This document shows positions 48,948 through 58,153 of a stretch of DNA of 64,000 nt, piece after piece (position 1 is the first letter of the stretch; each line of letters opens with the position of its first letter). Location of the stretch: assembly GCA_963754315.1 (NCBI GenBank), contig CAVWFS010000014.1:64001-128000 (forward strand), in the 5' to 3' direction. The notes below the pieces were generated by a model that had not been told where the DNA came from, did not search any database, and saw only the letters and a program-made list of their open reading frames with translations. This DNA comes from an uncultured Candidatus Rokubacteria bacterium (lineage in GTDB: Bacteria > Methylomirabilota > Methylomirabilia > Rokubacteriales > CSP1-6). Both the position numbers and the translations under genes were made by a program.

Positions 48948-49997
48948 CTAGCGCAGACCGAGCGCGCGCAGACGTGGGAACACGACCTTGCCGAACGCGC
49001 GTACCTCGCCCTCGGGCAGCGCGAACGTCTGGAGCGGCATCAGGTAGAGGTTCCGGACGCCGAGCTTGGTCATCTCGACGATCCGCTCGGCGCAGTGCTC
49101 CGGGGTGCCGATGAGCCCCAGCGCATCCGACAGCTGGGCCACGACGTCGTCGGGGACGAAGGCGGTTGCCGCGATGGCGGCCTCCCAGTCCTCCGCGTGG
49201 GACAGATCAGGGTAGACCTTCCATACGGCGTCGGGGATGTCGAGTCTCGGCAAACGCAACCCTGCAGGCTCTACCCAGTGTCCGCCCCAGCGGAGGATGC
49301 CCCAGTGGACCGCGGTCGGTCGAGCCTGGCGGCGCGCCTCGGCCGTGGTCGCGGCCGTTCCCGTGCGCACGGCCCAGATGATCTCCAGATCCTCGAGGCG
49401 GCGGCCGGACCGGCGGGCACCACGTTCGAGATGGTCGAGGGCCTTCTCTACGATGCCCCGATTGAACCCGACCAACACGAGGACGCCGTCGGCGATCTCG
49501 GCCGCCACCTCGATCGCCTTCGGTCCCGAGGCGGCCATCAGGAGCGGGATCGGGCGCCCGGCGGCATAGACAAGCCGCCCCGGGGTGCCAGCGAAATCAA
49601 CACTCTGGCCGCGGAGCAACGTCTTCACAGTGCCGATGCAGGCGCGCATTTCCGCTAAGGTGGCTGGCTTGCGCCCGATCGTGCTAGCCGAGGTGTAACC
49701 AGTGCCGATGACGAACTTCACCCGACCGGGCGCTAGTTCCTCGACCGTCTGGATGGCACCCGCCAACACGGACGCGTGTCGTGTGAAAGGGTTGGTAACC
49801 GCGGGAAACAGGGTCAGCCGCGAGGTGCGCGTGGCCGCCTGGCCCAGGGTGACGAAGGTGTCGCGGCACAGCATCTGGCTGTCGAGAATCCCGACGCCGT
49901 CGAAGCCCGCCTCCTCGATGCGTTGAATGAGCGTCATCAACTCGGACATGGGCGAGGTTCCCGGCACTCTCAGGTGAACCCGCACGGGCTCGGTCAT
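48948..49997 (-). CDS. LLM-class flavin-dependent oxidoreductase (Mer-like)
   Basis: GFDGV..DSQ, AVTNPFTRH, ELAPGR, AASGPK..E.A.EIADG, GTPE. Confidence 0.88.
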   Translation of the reverse strand: MTEPVRVHLRVPGTSPMSELMTLIQRIEEAGFDGVGILDSQMLCRDTFVTLGQAATRTSRLTLFPAVTNPFTRHASVLAGAIQTVEELAPGRVKFVIGTGYTSASTIGRKPATLAEMRACIGTVKTLLRGQSVDFAGTPGRLVYAAGRPIPLLMAASGPKAIEVAAEIADGVLVLVGFNRGIVEKALDHLERGARRSGRRLEDLEIIWAVRTGTAATTAEARRQARPTAVHWGILRWGGHWVEPAGLRLPRLDIPDAVWKVYPDLSHAEDWEAAIAATAFVPDDVVAQLSDALGLIGTPEHCAERIVEMTKLGVRNLYLMPLQTFALPEGEVRAFGKVVFPRLRALGLR

Positions 49998-50038
49998 GGA
50001 TTGGCTCCTTGTTCGAGATGGAGATGTTTCGATGGGAC

Positions 50039-51055
50039 CTAGCCTGCGGCTGGGGCGACATCGCGCATCCAGCGACGCATGAAGGCGCTCGGGTCCGGTA
50101 CGAAGCTGGTGACGATGAACTGATGCGCACCGGCCTCCATCGCGCGATGGATCTGACGCACACAGTCGTCTCTGGTGCCGGCGATGGCAAAGCGATCGAC
50201 AAGATACTCGGTCAGGCCCCAGCGTTCGGTCAGCCCGGCGTTTCCCGCGCCGGCGATCTCATGATGGTGCGAATCGTAGTCGCGCTGAAGACCCTTGATC
50301 TGGTCGTGCAGTGCCGGGGGCACACCCTTGCCAGAGAGCGTGAAGCGGAAGGCGTGATTGGCGCTGGCCGCCAGCGCCATCGTGATCGGCCCGATCGCTT
50401 CCTCTCGTGTCGTCGCCACGTTGGTCTTGGCGAACCACCAGATGTCGAGATCCGCCAGGGTCCGCCCCGCCGCGCGCGCGCCACGTTCGATGGCTGCCCG
50501 CGACAGGCGAATCACGTCGGGTGTCAGCCCGAGGCCCACGATCACCCCGTCGGCGATACGACCGGCCAGCTCAAGGGTGCGCGGCCCCTCGGCCGCCAGA
50601 TAGAGGGGCACCCGCCGCCCCGATCGGTGCACCTGCCACCGGCGGCCCTCCCGATCGACCGGCACGCCACTGGTGAGCCGGCCAAGAGTGACCACCGCCT
50701 CCTCCAGCCCGGCCAATGTGGCTGGCGGCGCACCGATCGAGAAGATGGCGCTGTCGCCCGATCCGATCCCGAGCACGGCCCGACCACCCGATACCTCGTC
50801 GATGCTCGACACTGCGCTGGCGGTGACCACGAGGTGGCGCGTGAGCGGGTTCGTGACGAGAGGGCCAAGACGCACGTGCGACGTGTTGAGGGCAGCCAGA
50901 GTCAGGGCCACGTACAGCTCGCGGAACACCGACTGAGAGTCGGCCACCCCGAGCAGATTGAAGCCATGTTCCTCAGCGTCGCGGCAGAGGGCGCCGAACC
51001 CCGCCAGTGACTCGGGGAGCAGTACGACGCCGAAGCGCGCGCGGGACGCCACCAC
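50039..51055 (-). CDS. LLM-class flavin-dependent oxidoreductase (Mer-like)
   Basis: ADSQ, VTNPLTRH, SGGRAVLGIGSGD, AAEGPRTLELAGRIADG. Confidence 0.88.
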   Translation of the reverse strand: MVASRARFGVVLLPESLAGFGALCRDAEEHGFNLLGVADSQSVFRELYVALTLAALNTSHVRLGPLVTNPLTRHLVVTASAVSSIDEVSGGRAVLGIGSGDSAIFSIGAPPATLAGLEEAVVTLGRLTSGVPVDREGRRWQVHRSGRRVPLYLAAEGPRTLELAGRIADGVIVGLGLTPDVIRLSRAAIERGARAAGRTLADLDIWWFAKTNVATTREEAIGPITMALAASANHAFRFTLSGKGVPPALHDQIKGLQRDYDSHHHEIAGAGNAGLTERWGLTEYLVDRFAIAGTRDDCVRQIHRAMEAGAHQFIVTSFVPDPSAFMRRWMRDVAPAAG

Positions 51056-51064
51056 CGCCGAATA

Positions 51065-52261
51065 CTACAGCCCGATCGGCACCGACTCGACGACCTCCAG
51101 ACCGAACGCCTGCAGATGGTGCAGACGCTGGGGGTTGTTGGACAGGACCCGGAGTCGCCGCAGGCCGAGATCACGCAGGATCTGCCCCCCGATGCCGAAG
51201 TCGCGCCGGTTCATGGGCAAGCCTCGGACGCCGGCACCCTCCAGGCTCGTGAGATCCGGAACGTCGGGATCGTCACCGAGAGGGCTCGGATAGATCCAGC
51301 TCTGTAGGCGCTCGGTCAGTCCCTCTCCCGCGCCGTCGGGCCGCAGGTAGACCACCACGCCGTGTCCCTCCGCCTGAATCCGCGCAAGGGAAACCGCCAG
51401 CACCCGGTTGGATGGGTGCGACTTGTCACCAAAGACGTCGCCGAGCAGATCGCGCCGATGCATACGGACCAGGGTCGCTTCGTCACTCTCGAGCGGGTAG
51501 CCCGATGGGTCGAGCCGCCCCACATCACCCACGCAGAACGCGAGGTGCGGCAGGCGGTCGACCACACTGCGGTAGGCGACGACGTTGAAGCGACCGTGGT
51601 CCGTATCCACTGGTACACCCTCGGTGGGGGGTAGACGGTGAACGAGGCGCTCGCGACCGAACCGATAGTGGATGATCTGCTCGACAGAGCAAATGCGGAG
51701 GCCGTGCTGCTGGCTGAAGATCTCGAGATCGGGCATGCGGGCCATCTCGCCGTCCTCGCGGCACACCTCGCTGATGACGGCCGCCGGGTTCAGCCCAGCG
51801 AGCCTCATCAGGTCCACCGAGCCCTCGGTCTGCCCGGTACGCACGAGCACGCCGCCATCCTTAGCGCGGAGCGGCACCATGTGTCCAGGTCGCACCAGGT
51901 CGTGCGGACGGCTCGCGGGATCGGCAAGGAGCCGAGCCGTGCGCGCGCGATCGGACGCCGAGATCCCCGTTCCCACCCCGTACCGCGGATGGCCATCCAC
52001 CGAGACGGCCATCGCCGTCCCGCGCAGCGATGTATTCGAGGCGGCCTGGGGGTGAAGCTCGAGGCGATCACACTCGGCTGCCGTCAAAGCCACACAGAGA
52101 TACCCGGGGGTGTGGCGGGTCATGAAGTTGATGATCTCCGGGGTTACCTTCTCGGCCGCGCACACGAGATCCCCCTCGTTTTCCCGATCCTCGTCGTCAA
52201 CGAGGATGATGGGGCGACCATGCCGCAGATCCTCCAGAATCTCGCCGATGTGGGAGAGCAT
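51065..52261 (-). CDS. ribB: 3,4-dihydroxy-2-butanone-4-phosphate synthase fused to a degenerate GTP cyclohydrolase II domain (RibBX-like)
   Basis: [35 protein letters not shown]; the C-domain has VRMH..D..GDVFG and [14 protein letters not shown] but no Zn-binding cysteines. Confidence 0.9.
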   Translation of the reverse strand: MLSHIGEILEDLRHGRPIILVDDEDRENEGDLVCAAEKVTPEIINFMTRHTPGYLCVALTAAECDRLELHPQAASNTSLRGTAMAVSVDGHPRYGVGTGISASDRARTARLLADPASRPHDLVRPGHMVPLRAKDGGVLVRTGQTEGSVDLMRLAGLNPAAVISEVCREDGEMARMPDLEIFSQQHGLRICSVEQIIHYRFGRERLVHRLPPTEGVPVDTDHGRFNVVAYRSVVDRLPHLAFCVGDVGRLDPSGYPLESDEATLVRMHRRDLLGDVFGDKSHPSNRVLAVSLARIQAEGHGVVVYLRPDGAGEGLTERLQSWIYPSPLGDDPDVPDLTSLEGAGVRGLPMNRRDFGIGGQILRDLGLRRLRVLSNNPQRLHHLQAFGLEVVESVPIGL

Positions 52262-52489
52262 GCCCGGCAACCTCCTCCCGGTCAGTCCGTCAACAGCATT
52301 CTATCGTGCTTCTCACCTCGCGAGATCGGACCATGTGGCGTCGAGGAACAGCGCGCGCCGGCCACGCATTGCTCTCTGCTGGGTACTTGGCTACCATCGC
52401 CGCGTGCAGAAGCGCTCGCGTCATGCGGTCTAGAATCGTGAATGGGCATCGACGGCGGTACCTGCAATGAACATGAGTCTGCCCGAACG

Positions 52490-53251
52490 ATGTCGATAAG
52501 GCGGCCGGTGGTCCTGGTAACGGGGCTGAGCGGCCTCATCGGCGGCGCTGTCCTCAAGCATATGGGAGACGCTTACGAGCTACGTGGGCTCAACCGGCGT
52601 CCCGTACCCGGTGTCATCTGCCATCAGGCGGATATCGCCGACCTGGAGGTCATTGCTCCAGCCTTCACGGGCGTACAGACGGTGGTTCACCTCGCGGCCA
52701 CCGTGGGTGCCGATGCGCCCTTCGCAGATCTCTTGCACCACAATATCGCCGGCACCTACAACGTCTTCGAGGCAGCCCGCCGCGCCGGGGTCCCGCGGAT
52801 CGTGTTCGCGAGCAGCGGCAACACGGTGACCGCGTACGAGCTCGAGATGCCGTACCGCGCCCTGGTGACCGGGCGCTACGACGAGGTCCCGGATGATCGA
52901 GGATGGATCCAACCCATCGCCGCCCGCCCGGGAAGCCTGTATGGCTGCAGCAAGCTCTGGGGCGAGACTCTTGGCCGGCACTACGCTGACGTGCACGGCA
53001 TGTCCGTGCTGTGCCTCCGCATCGGCAACGTCAACAGCGCCGACCGGCCGCTGCATGTCCGGGACTTCGCCGTCTGGTGCAGCCAGCGCGACGCGGCCCA
53101 GGCCATTGAGCGCGCCATAAACGCCCCGGCCAGTGTCCGCTACGAGGTGGTTTTCGTCACCTCGGAGAACCAGTGGGGCTACCGCGACCTTACCCGGACG
53201 CGCGCCGTCCTCGGCTTCGCCCCGCGGGACCGCGCCGAAGACTACCGCTGA
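52490..53251 (+). CDS. NAD-dependent epimerase/dehydratase (uronate dehydrogenase-like)
   Basis: VTGLSGLIG, VVHLA, NIAGTYNVFEAAR, FASS, YGCSK, LRIG; start may be 52442. Confidence 0.85.
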   Translation: MSIRRPVVLVTGLSGLIGGAVLKHMGDAYELRGLNRRPVPGVICHQADIADLEVIAPAFTGVQTVVHLAATVGADAPFADLLHHNIAGTYNVFEAARRAGVPRIVFASSGNTVTAYELEMPYRALVTGRYDEVPDDRGWIQPIAARPGSLYGCSKLWGETLGRHYADVHGMSVLCLRIGNVNSADRPLHVRDFAVWCSQRDAAQAIERAINAPASVRYEVVFVTSENQWGYRDLTRTRAVLGFAPRDRAEDYR

Positions 53252-53301
53252 TGTCTCGAGCCAACCGGGGCGATTGTTCGACTCCGGGCGCTGTGTGAAC
53301 G

Positions 53302-54747
53302 CTAGGAGAGGTCGACCCAGACGGTCTTCACCTCCGTGTAGTGGTCGAGACCGACGGAGCCCATCTCGCGACCGAACCCCGACTCCTTGAACCCGCCGAA
53401 CGGAAGGGCGGCGTCGAACAGATTGTAGGCGTTGACCCATACCGTGCCCGCTCGGATGGCGCGCGCAGCTTTCAGCGCCTTCGAGACGTCGCGGGTCCAC
53501 ACCGCGGCCGCCAGGCCATAGGCAGTCTGATTGCCCTGGGCGATGCCGTCCTCGACCGAACGGAACGGGATGACAGAAAGAACGGGGCCGAAGATCTCCT
53601 CGCGGGCGATCTTCATCGTGTTGCTCACGCCGTCAAAAATGGTTGGCTCCACGAAGTAGCCCTTGCCATTGCCGGCCTGCGCCCGGCCACCGCCAGCGAC
53701 CAGGCGCGCGCCCTCCTGCTTGCCCGCCTCGATATAGGCCAGCACCGTCTCCATCTGAGCTCGCGAAACCACCGGCCCCATCCGGGTGGCCTTGTCCATC
53801 GGGTCGCCGACCTTGAGGCTCTTCACCTTGTCGGTCAGCTTGGCCACGAACTCGTCGTGAATCCCGTCTTCCAGGAACAAGCGCGAGCCAGCGGCGCACA
53901 CCTCGCCCTTGTTGTAGAAGATCCCGGTCATCGCGCCGCGGACAGCAGCCTCCAGATCCGCGTCGGCGAAGACAATGTTGGGGGACTTGCCGCCCAGCTC
54001 GAGCGACAGGCGCTTCAGCGTGCCCGCCGCCTCTCGCATGATCTGCTTGCCGACCTCGGTGGATCCCGTGAAGGCGATCTTGTCCACCCGCGGATCGCGT
54101 ACGAGGGCCATGCCGACCTTGCCGCCGGGACCGGTGACCACGTTGAAGACCCCTTCGGGAAGGCCTGCCTCTTGGCATAGCTCGGCGAACTTCAGGGCCG
54201 TGAGCGGTGTCTGCGAGGCGGGCTTGATGATCACGGTGTTCCCGGCGGCCAGGGCGGGGGCAATCTTCCACGAGGAGAGGAGGAAGGGAAAGTTCCAGGG
54301 CACGATCGCTCCCACCACACCCACGGGATGGCGCAAGGTGAAGGTAAAGGCGTTGTCCCGAAGCTGGAGCGTCTCCCCGTGAATCTTGGTAGCCCAACCC
54401 GCGTAGTACCGGAACACCTCGGCCGCAAAGGGAATCTCGACCTTGCCCGAGTCGAACATGGTCTTGCCCGTGCAGAGGCTCTCCAGCTTCGCCATCTCAT
54501 CAAGGTGCTGCTGGATCAGGTCTCCCAACCGCCACACGATCCGCCCCCGCTCGTGGGGGCTCATGCGCGGCCATGGACCCTCGTCGAATGCCCTTCGCGC
54601 CGCGGTCACCGCGAGGTCGATGTCCCGCTCATCCCCCCTGCCCACCGAGGTCAAAGGCTCCTCGTTGGCGGGGTTGATGGGCTGATAGGTCTCGCCCGAC
54701 ACGGGCGCTTGCCATTTGCCGGCAACGAAGATCTCTCCTGCGTTCAT
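53302..54747 (-). CDS. aldehyde dehydrogenase family protein
   Basis: PWNFP, FTGSTEVG, LELGGKSP, GEVCAAGSR, EEIFGP, PFGGFKESG. Confidence 0.95.
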   Translation of the reverse strand: MNAGEIFVAGKWQAPVSGETYQPINPANEEPLTSVGRGDERDIDLAVTAARRAFDEGPWPRMSPHERGRIVWRLGDLIQQHLDEMAKLESLCTGKTMFDSGKVEIPFAAEVFRYYAGWATKIHGETLQLRDNAFTFTLRHPVGVVGAIVPWNFPFLLSSWKIAPALAAGNTVIIKPASQTPLTALKFAELCQEAGLPEGVFNVVTGPGGKVGMALVRDPRVDKIAFTGSTEVGKQIMREAAGTLKRLSLELGGKSPNIVFADADLEAAVRGAMTGIFYNKGEVCAAGSRLFLEDGIHDEFVAKLTDKVKSLKVGDPMDKATRMGPVVSRAQMETVLAYIEAGKQEGARLVAGGGRAQAGNGKGYFVEPTIFDGVSNTMKIAREEIFGPVLSVIPFRSVEDGIAQGNQTAYGLAAAVWTRDVSKALKAARAIRAGTVWVNAYNLFDAALPFGGFKESGFGREMGSVGLDHYTEVKTVWVDLS

Positions 54748-54897
54748 GGCGCTCCCCTCCTGGCCCAGCCAACCACACCCGACCCGGAGTCTACGGTATG
54801 GGAGCGTTCTTATCCAGGCGACTCGTGGCGTTCTGGATCAGGACGTCTTATGCGCGGTGCCCGCCCGGAGAGAACAGGCGGGCATGCTCTCGGGTCC

Positions 54898-54926
54898 TTG
54901 ACCACTCGACGCCTTATCCGTAGGCT
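54898..54926 (+). promoter_or_regulatory. putative sigma70 promoter
   Basis: TTGACC-17bp-TAGGCT upstream of 54984. Confidence 0.55.
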
Positions 54927-54983
54927 CAAGCCCAGCTTCGTGCGGGAACGTGCGAGACAGCGGCGTCCAAGGAGGAGAACAAA

Positions 54984-55601
54984 ATGCGACGGTCATGGAG
55001 CATCATCGTGGCGATGTCCTCTGTATTCGCGCTGCTCACCACGTTACCCCTCTCGGTGCGGGACGCTCACGCTCAAGATCCCTTCGTCGGCGAAATCCGA
55101 TGGGTCGGTTTCGACTTCGCGCCACCTGGGTGGGCGCCATGTGACGGGCAGATCCTTCAAATCAGCCAATTTACCCCGCTCTTTGCCCTGATCGGGACGA
55201 GGTTCGGCGGCAACGGTACATCGAACTTTGCCCTACCCGATCTGCGCGGTCGGGTCGTGATTGGGGAGGGGACGGGTCCGGGGCTGACCACGCGGAGTAT
55301 TGGCGATGAAGGTGGGGACGAAGCGATCACGCTCACGGTGAACCAGATGCCGGCGCACAGCCACCCGGCAATGGCGAGCAGCCACACGGCCTCGAGCGAT
55401 GCTCCGGGAGGTCGCGTCTTGGCAAATGCCACGGCCGATGGTCCAGACCCGAAGATCTACTCGTCGGGCCAAGGCAATGTCGCGTTAGGGGCCAGCACCA
55501 TCGGGTCGGTCGGCGGTGGCGAGGCCCAGAACAACATGCCTCCCTTCGTGACGTTGAACTGTATCATCGCCTTGCAGGGGATCTTCCCGTCCAGGCAGTA
55601 G
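54984..55601 (+). CDS. phage tail collar domain/microcystin-dependent protein (MdpB-like) with signal peptide
   Basis: DPFVGEI...FAPPGWAPCDGQ.L.I.Q..LFALIG..FGGNG..NFALPDLRGR; LT..QMPAHSH; NMPPF.TLN.IIALQGIFPSR. Confidence 0.88.
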   Translation: MRRSWSIIVAMSSVFALLTTLPLSVRDAHAQDPFVGEIRWVGFDFAPPGWAPCDGQILQISQFTPLFALIGTRFGGNGTSNFALPDLRGRVVIGEGTGPGLTTRSIGDEGGDEAITLTVNQMPAHSHPAMASSHTASSDAPGGRVLANATADGPDPKIYSSGQGNVALGASTIGSVGGGEAQNNMPPFVTLNCIIALQGIFPSRQ

Positions 55602-55611
55602 CAGCCAGCTT

Positions 55612-56109
55612 CTACGCGGAACTCTTCCCTGGCGATCGTCGCCGTGGTCGACCGCGGGCTGAGATCTCAGCCGCGGTCGGCCCGGTCGGTCCGAGCGTGT
55701 CGTCGAGAGTGTTGCGAATCATCAGCAGCCTCTCCAGCAGAATCCGACCCTGCTCGGTGAGCAGGGTGCCGCGGGCGGCTCCTCGCCCAGGCCGTGACAC
55801 CGTCAGGGGCGTGCCCAGCACCGCTTCGGCGTGCCGCAGATATCCCCAGGCGTGACGGTAGGACCATCGGATCTGCCGGGCGGCGGCCAGCAGAGATCCC
55901 CGTTCGAGAATGGCAAGGAGGAGGGTGGCCCCGCCGTCGCCGATCACGAAGTGTCCGTCCAGCTCGAGCCACGTCTTGGTCTTGACGGCGGCCCGAAATA
56001 TGTCGGCGCGGACACGTTGAACCGAGCGCGTTGAATCGCTACGCTTCCCTGGTCCGTGTGACGTGGGTGAAGGTATTGCCGTTCCCCGATTCGACCGAGA
56101 GGCTGACAT
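55612..56109 (-). CDS. ModE-like winged-helix regulator (N-terminal DNA-binding domain only); start uncertain
   Basis: G.GG..LL.AI..RGSL.AAA.....SYRHAWGY, G.PL....G....GT.LT..G; divergent from modA. Confidence 0.75.
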   Translation of the reverse strand: MSASRSNRGTAIPSPTSHGPGKRSDSTRSVQRVRADIFRAAVKTKTWLELDGHFVIGDGGATLLLAILERGSLLAAARQIRWSYRHAWGYLRHAEAVLGTPLTVSRPGRGAARGTLLTEQGRILLERLLMIRNTLDDTLGPTGPTAAEISARGRPRRRSPGKSSA

Positions 56110-56884
56110 GCGCTTGATCCTACACCTGATCGTGACGCTCCTGGTGCTGCTTGCCGGCGTGGCGCCGGCCGTCGCCCAGGAGGTTATCTTCTCCGTGGCC
56201 ATCAGCATGAAGGACGCGGTGGAGGAGCTGGGCCGTGGGTTCGCCGCCGCCCGCCCCGGTCTTATCGTGCGATACAACTTCGGCTCCTCGGGAGAGTTGC
56301 AGAAGCAGATCGAGGCGAGCGCCCCCGTCGATCTTTTCATCTCCGCCGCCCAGCGCCAGATGGACGAGCTGCAAGGGAAGAACCTGATCGTGGCGGCTAG
56401 CCGACGGAACTTTGCCCGCAATGTGTTGACCGTCATCAAGCCCACTCAGTCCAAGCTCGATCTCTCCAAGCCGGTCGATCTCCTCGACCCTCGCGTGGGG
56501 AAGATCGTCATCGGCAACCCGAAGACGGTGCCCGTTGGCCAGTACTCGGAGGAGAGCTTGAAGGCCCTCGGCCTCTGGGAGCGGGTGCAATCGAAGCTTG
56601 TGTTCGCCGAGAATGTGCGCCAAGCCTTGGACTACGTGGCCCGGGGCGAGATGGATGCCGGATTCGTCTACACCACCGACGCCGCGATCCGGCGCGGCCA
56701 GGTCGTCGAAGCCTTCCGGCCTCCCGAGGACACGTATCGGCCCGTGATCTATCCGGTGGCCATCGTGACGGCGTCCAGGCATCAGGCCGTTGCTCAAGAG
56801 TTCATCGATCTCCTCACAGGCAGCGCCGGCCAATCTGTGCTTGCTCGGCTTGGCTTCCTGCCTCCCCCTCCCGCCAGCCGGTGA
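56108..56884 (+). CDS. modA: molybdate ABC transporter substrate-binding protein
   Basis: AISMKDA, NFGSSGELQKQIE..AP.DLFISA, IGNPKTVPVG.Y, ENVRQAL..VARGE.DAGFVY.TDA. Confidence 0.93.
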   Translation: MRLILHLIVTLLVLLAGVAPAVAQEVIFSVAISMKDAVEELGRGFAAARPGLIVRYNFGSSGELQKQIEASAPVDLFISAAQRQMDELQGKNLIVAASRRNFARNVLTVIKPTQSKLDLSKPVDLLDPRVGKIVIGNPKTVPVGQYSEESLKALGLWERVQSKLVFAENVRQALDYVARGEMDAGFVYTTDAAIRRGQVVEAFRPPEDTYRPVIYPVAIVTASRHQAVAQEFIDLLTGSAGQSVLARLGFLPPPPASR

Positions 56885-56885
56885 C

Positions 56886-57581
56886 GTGGACTCCGCGACG
56901 CGCGCCCACGTCGCGTGGGTCGGTGCCCAGCGCAACGTCCTGGCCGGAGACCTCCGGGCCGTCGTGAGCTTGGCTGAGCTACGACGATTCGAGCACCTCT
57001 ATGCCCTGGGCCCGCTGGAGGGGCTGAGGGGCGAGATCTCCGTGTTCGACGGGGTCCCCCTGATCGCCCGCGTGCGGGAGGGCACGGTCACGGTCGCTGC
57101 GGAGGACGGCGCCGGCGCGTGCTTTCTCGTGTACGCCGACGTACCGTCCTGGCGGTGGACGAAAATCCCGTCACCCCTCCTCAGCGGTGAAGAGGAATCG
57201 CACGTTCTCAAGCTCGCGGCCGAGGACGAACGGCACGACGGCCTCGCGCCCCTCGCCTTTCTGCTCCGCGGAGTGGCCGCGACCCTTGTCGCTCACGTTC
57301 TAGACAAGCGCGACGGGCTCCCGCATTCGCCTGAGCGTCACGAGCAGGCCAAGGTTCGCCTCACTCTCCACCATCGAGAAATCGAGGTCATCGGGTTTCA
57401 CTCCGCAGCGCATCGCGGGATCTTCACCCCGGCCGATAGCAATATCCACATGCATTTTCGGACCATCGACGGACAGACGTCCGGCCACGTCGAGCGGCTC
57501 GATCTGGCGCCCGGCTGGATGCTGGGTCTGCCAGACTTCGAGCCCGGCGTCACCAGACGCGAAAAGGAGACCGCCGCATGA
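56886..57581 (+). CDS. acetolactate decarboxylase-like protein
   Basis: LYALGPLEGLRGEI..FDG, IGFHS..HRGIFT, HMHF....G..SGH (three-His metal motif); wedged between modA and the Mop gene. Confidence 0.7.
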   Translation: MDSATRAHVAWVGAQRNVLAGDLRAVVSLAELRRFEHLYALGPLEGLRGEISVFDGVPLIARVREGTVTVAAEDGAGACFLVYADVPSWRWTKIPSPLLSGEEESHVLKLAAEDERHDGLAPLAFLLRGVAATLVAHVLDKRDGLPHSPERHEQAKVRLTLHHREIEVIGFHSAAHRGIFTPADSNIHMHFRTIDGQTSGHVERLDLAPGWMLGLPDFEPGVTRREKETAA

Positions 57582-57787
57582 AACTCAGTGCTCGCAATCA
57601 GCTCAAGGGCCGGGTCGTGGAGGTTCAGAAGGGCGCGACCACCGCCCACGTGAGAATCGACCTGGGTCACGGCCTCGTCGTGGTCGCGTCCATCACGAAC
57701 GAAGCGGTGGACGACCTCCGTCTCGCTGCCGGGGATACCGCGTGGGCCGTGATCAAGGCCTCGGACGTCATGGTGGCGAAGGAATAG
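57578..57787 (+). CDS. molybdenum-pterin binding protein (Mop/TOBE molbindin)
   Basis: MKLSARNQLKGRV, ASITNEAV.DL.L..GD.A.AVIKASDVMV. Confidence 0.93.
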   Translation: MKLSARNQLKGRVVEVQKGATTAHVRIDLGHGLVVVASITNEAVDDLRLAAGDTAWAVIKASDVMVAKE

Positions 57788-57849
57788 ATGCAACGCCGGC
57801 CGTGACGGGACGCGCACAGTATGCGTCCCGTCACTCGGGAACACGACCG

Positions 57850-58119
57850 TCAGACGTCGGGGCGTTCGGCGTCAGAGCCCTCTTTGAAGAAGTGCACATC
57901 GACGCGGATCAGATTCGGCATGACCGTTTTGAACTCGCGACCCAGGATCGTCTGGACCAGGTCATCGGGCAAAAGACATTCCACACACGTCTCTGCACGA
58001 ATGGGAACGCGCACCTCGACGATGCCGGATGGGTCAACGTCGCCGAGCAGGATGTCAGATCCATCTGCCTGATACCCTGGACGAAACTTCTCAAGGACAG
58101 CCTCAAGCTCCTCACGCAT
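57850..58119 (-). CDS. NifU/Nfu-like domain protein
   Basis: LE.VL...RP..QADG.DI.L, CVEC (CxxC); GGAGG RBS. Confidence 0.75.
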   Translation of the reverse strand: MREELEAVLEKFRPGYQADGSDILLGDVDPSGIVEVRVPIRAETCVECLLPDDLVQTILGREFKTVMPNLIRVDVHFFKEGSDAERPDV

Positions 58120-58153
58120 GTCGTCCTCCCGGCGTACCCTGGCGATGGGCCGC

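Noticed and set aside
51065..52261. Bifunctional ribBA
   Set aside because: The cyclohydrolase Zn-binding cysteines are missing
54808..54840. CTTATCCAG, resembling a SAM-I riboswitch start
   Set aside because: No following GAGGGA/GGCCC core or GCAACC motif
54984..55601. Prophage or tailocin remnant
   Set aside because: No other phage genes, integrase or att sites nearby
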